A DNA stretch of 63,796 bases, the filler included, from Aduncisulcus paluster (lineage: Eukaryota): assembly GCA_024181965.1 (NCBI GenBank). It is 5 parts of 5 records of this genome, joined end to end, with 100 filler letters (N's around TTAATTAATTAA, not from the genome) between each part and the next. Parts side by side here need not be neighbours in the genome. Positions count along the whole stretch, not along the records: positions 61,577 to 63,796 come from BQXS01012626.1; 4 more parts are not named here. One strand, given 5' to 3'. The first letter of the stretch is position 1, and each line of letters starts with the position of its first letter. Below are positions 63,031-63,796 of this stretch, piece by piece. Made by a program: the position numbers and the translations under genes. A model generated the notes under the pieces. The model was not told the DNA's origin. It searched no databases and saw nothing but the letters and a program-made list of their open reading frames with translations.

Positions 63031-63796
63031 TGTAGCGTGACAAAAGGGATGGGGGAATATTAAGAGCTGATCTACAAATTATTTTTTAAAAAAGATCACA
63101 CAGAAAACATGGAAAACACGACAAACAATAAAGGAACAGACGAAATTGATGAATCGATGAATCGACCAAAACAACCAAAATAAATAAGGTTGATGGGGAC
63201 GAAAATGGGGAAAGAAATGGTGGAAAATATATGGTAAGATAATGTTCAAAGATATGATAATACAAAAAACGTCGCGGCGACCCATATTGCCAATGACTCG
63301 GTCGTTTTGATGTTCTCAATGGTGAATACGACAGAGGATTGGTCAAATGGTCGGGATATAATTGACATACAATAAAATAAACGGTCTTTGTGTGTCCAGG
63401 AAAGAACGAAAGGAGACAAAATCGGAAAAATAAAAATGGTCGATCCATTTCATTTCATTTTGGACCCATTCCCGACCTCCCATGTCCGAATGTTTTATGT
63501 TACTAACCATAACTATGTAAAATGATTGCCTTGGTTGTGTTTTCCAAGAAGAGATTTCTCGATATTAGTATATAACCTTCCAGAACTTCCGATAGTCGCT
63601 ACAACTTCCATTACTCCCGAGGTTGTCAACATGATGTCCATATATCCATTTATTATGATTTGTATAAACGTAAAATAATTAATAATGCTAATCCTCAGAA
63701 CGCTATCTTGGATCAATGAGATTGACTGAGATGAGAACTCCATGGATAAATTTTCAAAAATTATCGTATTGAATCTATGCCTTGACAATGTTAATA

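Noticed and set aside
63079..63788. Short ORFs at the window end
   Set aside because: They have no recognisable motifs and low-complexity composition, so they are treated as intergenic.

Overview
AT-rich, gene-dense eukaryotic (protist) genomic DNA. The window is five unrelated scaffolds joined by artificial N44-TTAATTAATTAA-N44 spacers (breaks at 8921, 19790, 37046, 61477). It also has nine 20-N gaps flanked by duplicated sequence, which falsely split several genes. Short GTATGT..YAG introns, the gene content and an expanded lineage-specific kinase family suggest a free-living fornicate/metamonad such as Aduncisulcus (inference from recall, not verified). Recognisable genes: beta-tubulin (5' end), RPB12, tRNA-Leu(AAG), TRAPPC10/Trs130-like, an EF-hand protein, a tandem LCAT-like lipase, a GAR-domain protein, a SIZ/PIAS SUMO ligase, RRS1, SepSecS, ubiquitin, a bacterial-type HD hydrolase, ENKD1, an AAAP transporter, CRM1/XPO1, TAP42 and PPP1R36-like. 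The most interesting signals are four. (1) An unnamed ~170-aa beta-rich module, in part encoded by symmetric phase-0 exons, is arrayed in front of a kinase at two loci and a HAD phosphatase at a third. (2) Sequence-unrelated palindromes with a 1-nt spacer, often in abutting pairs, recur about 130-250 bp upstream of many start codons. (3) The HD gene is bracketed by a perfect 32-bp direct repeat, one copy of which is part of a strand-specific RNA-like stem. (4) Selenocysteine synthesis machinery is present.
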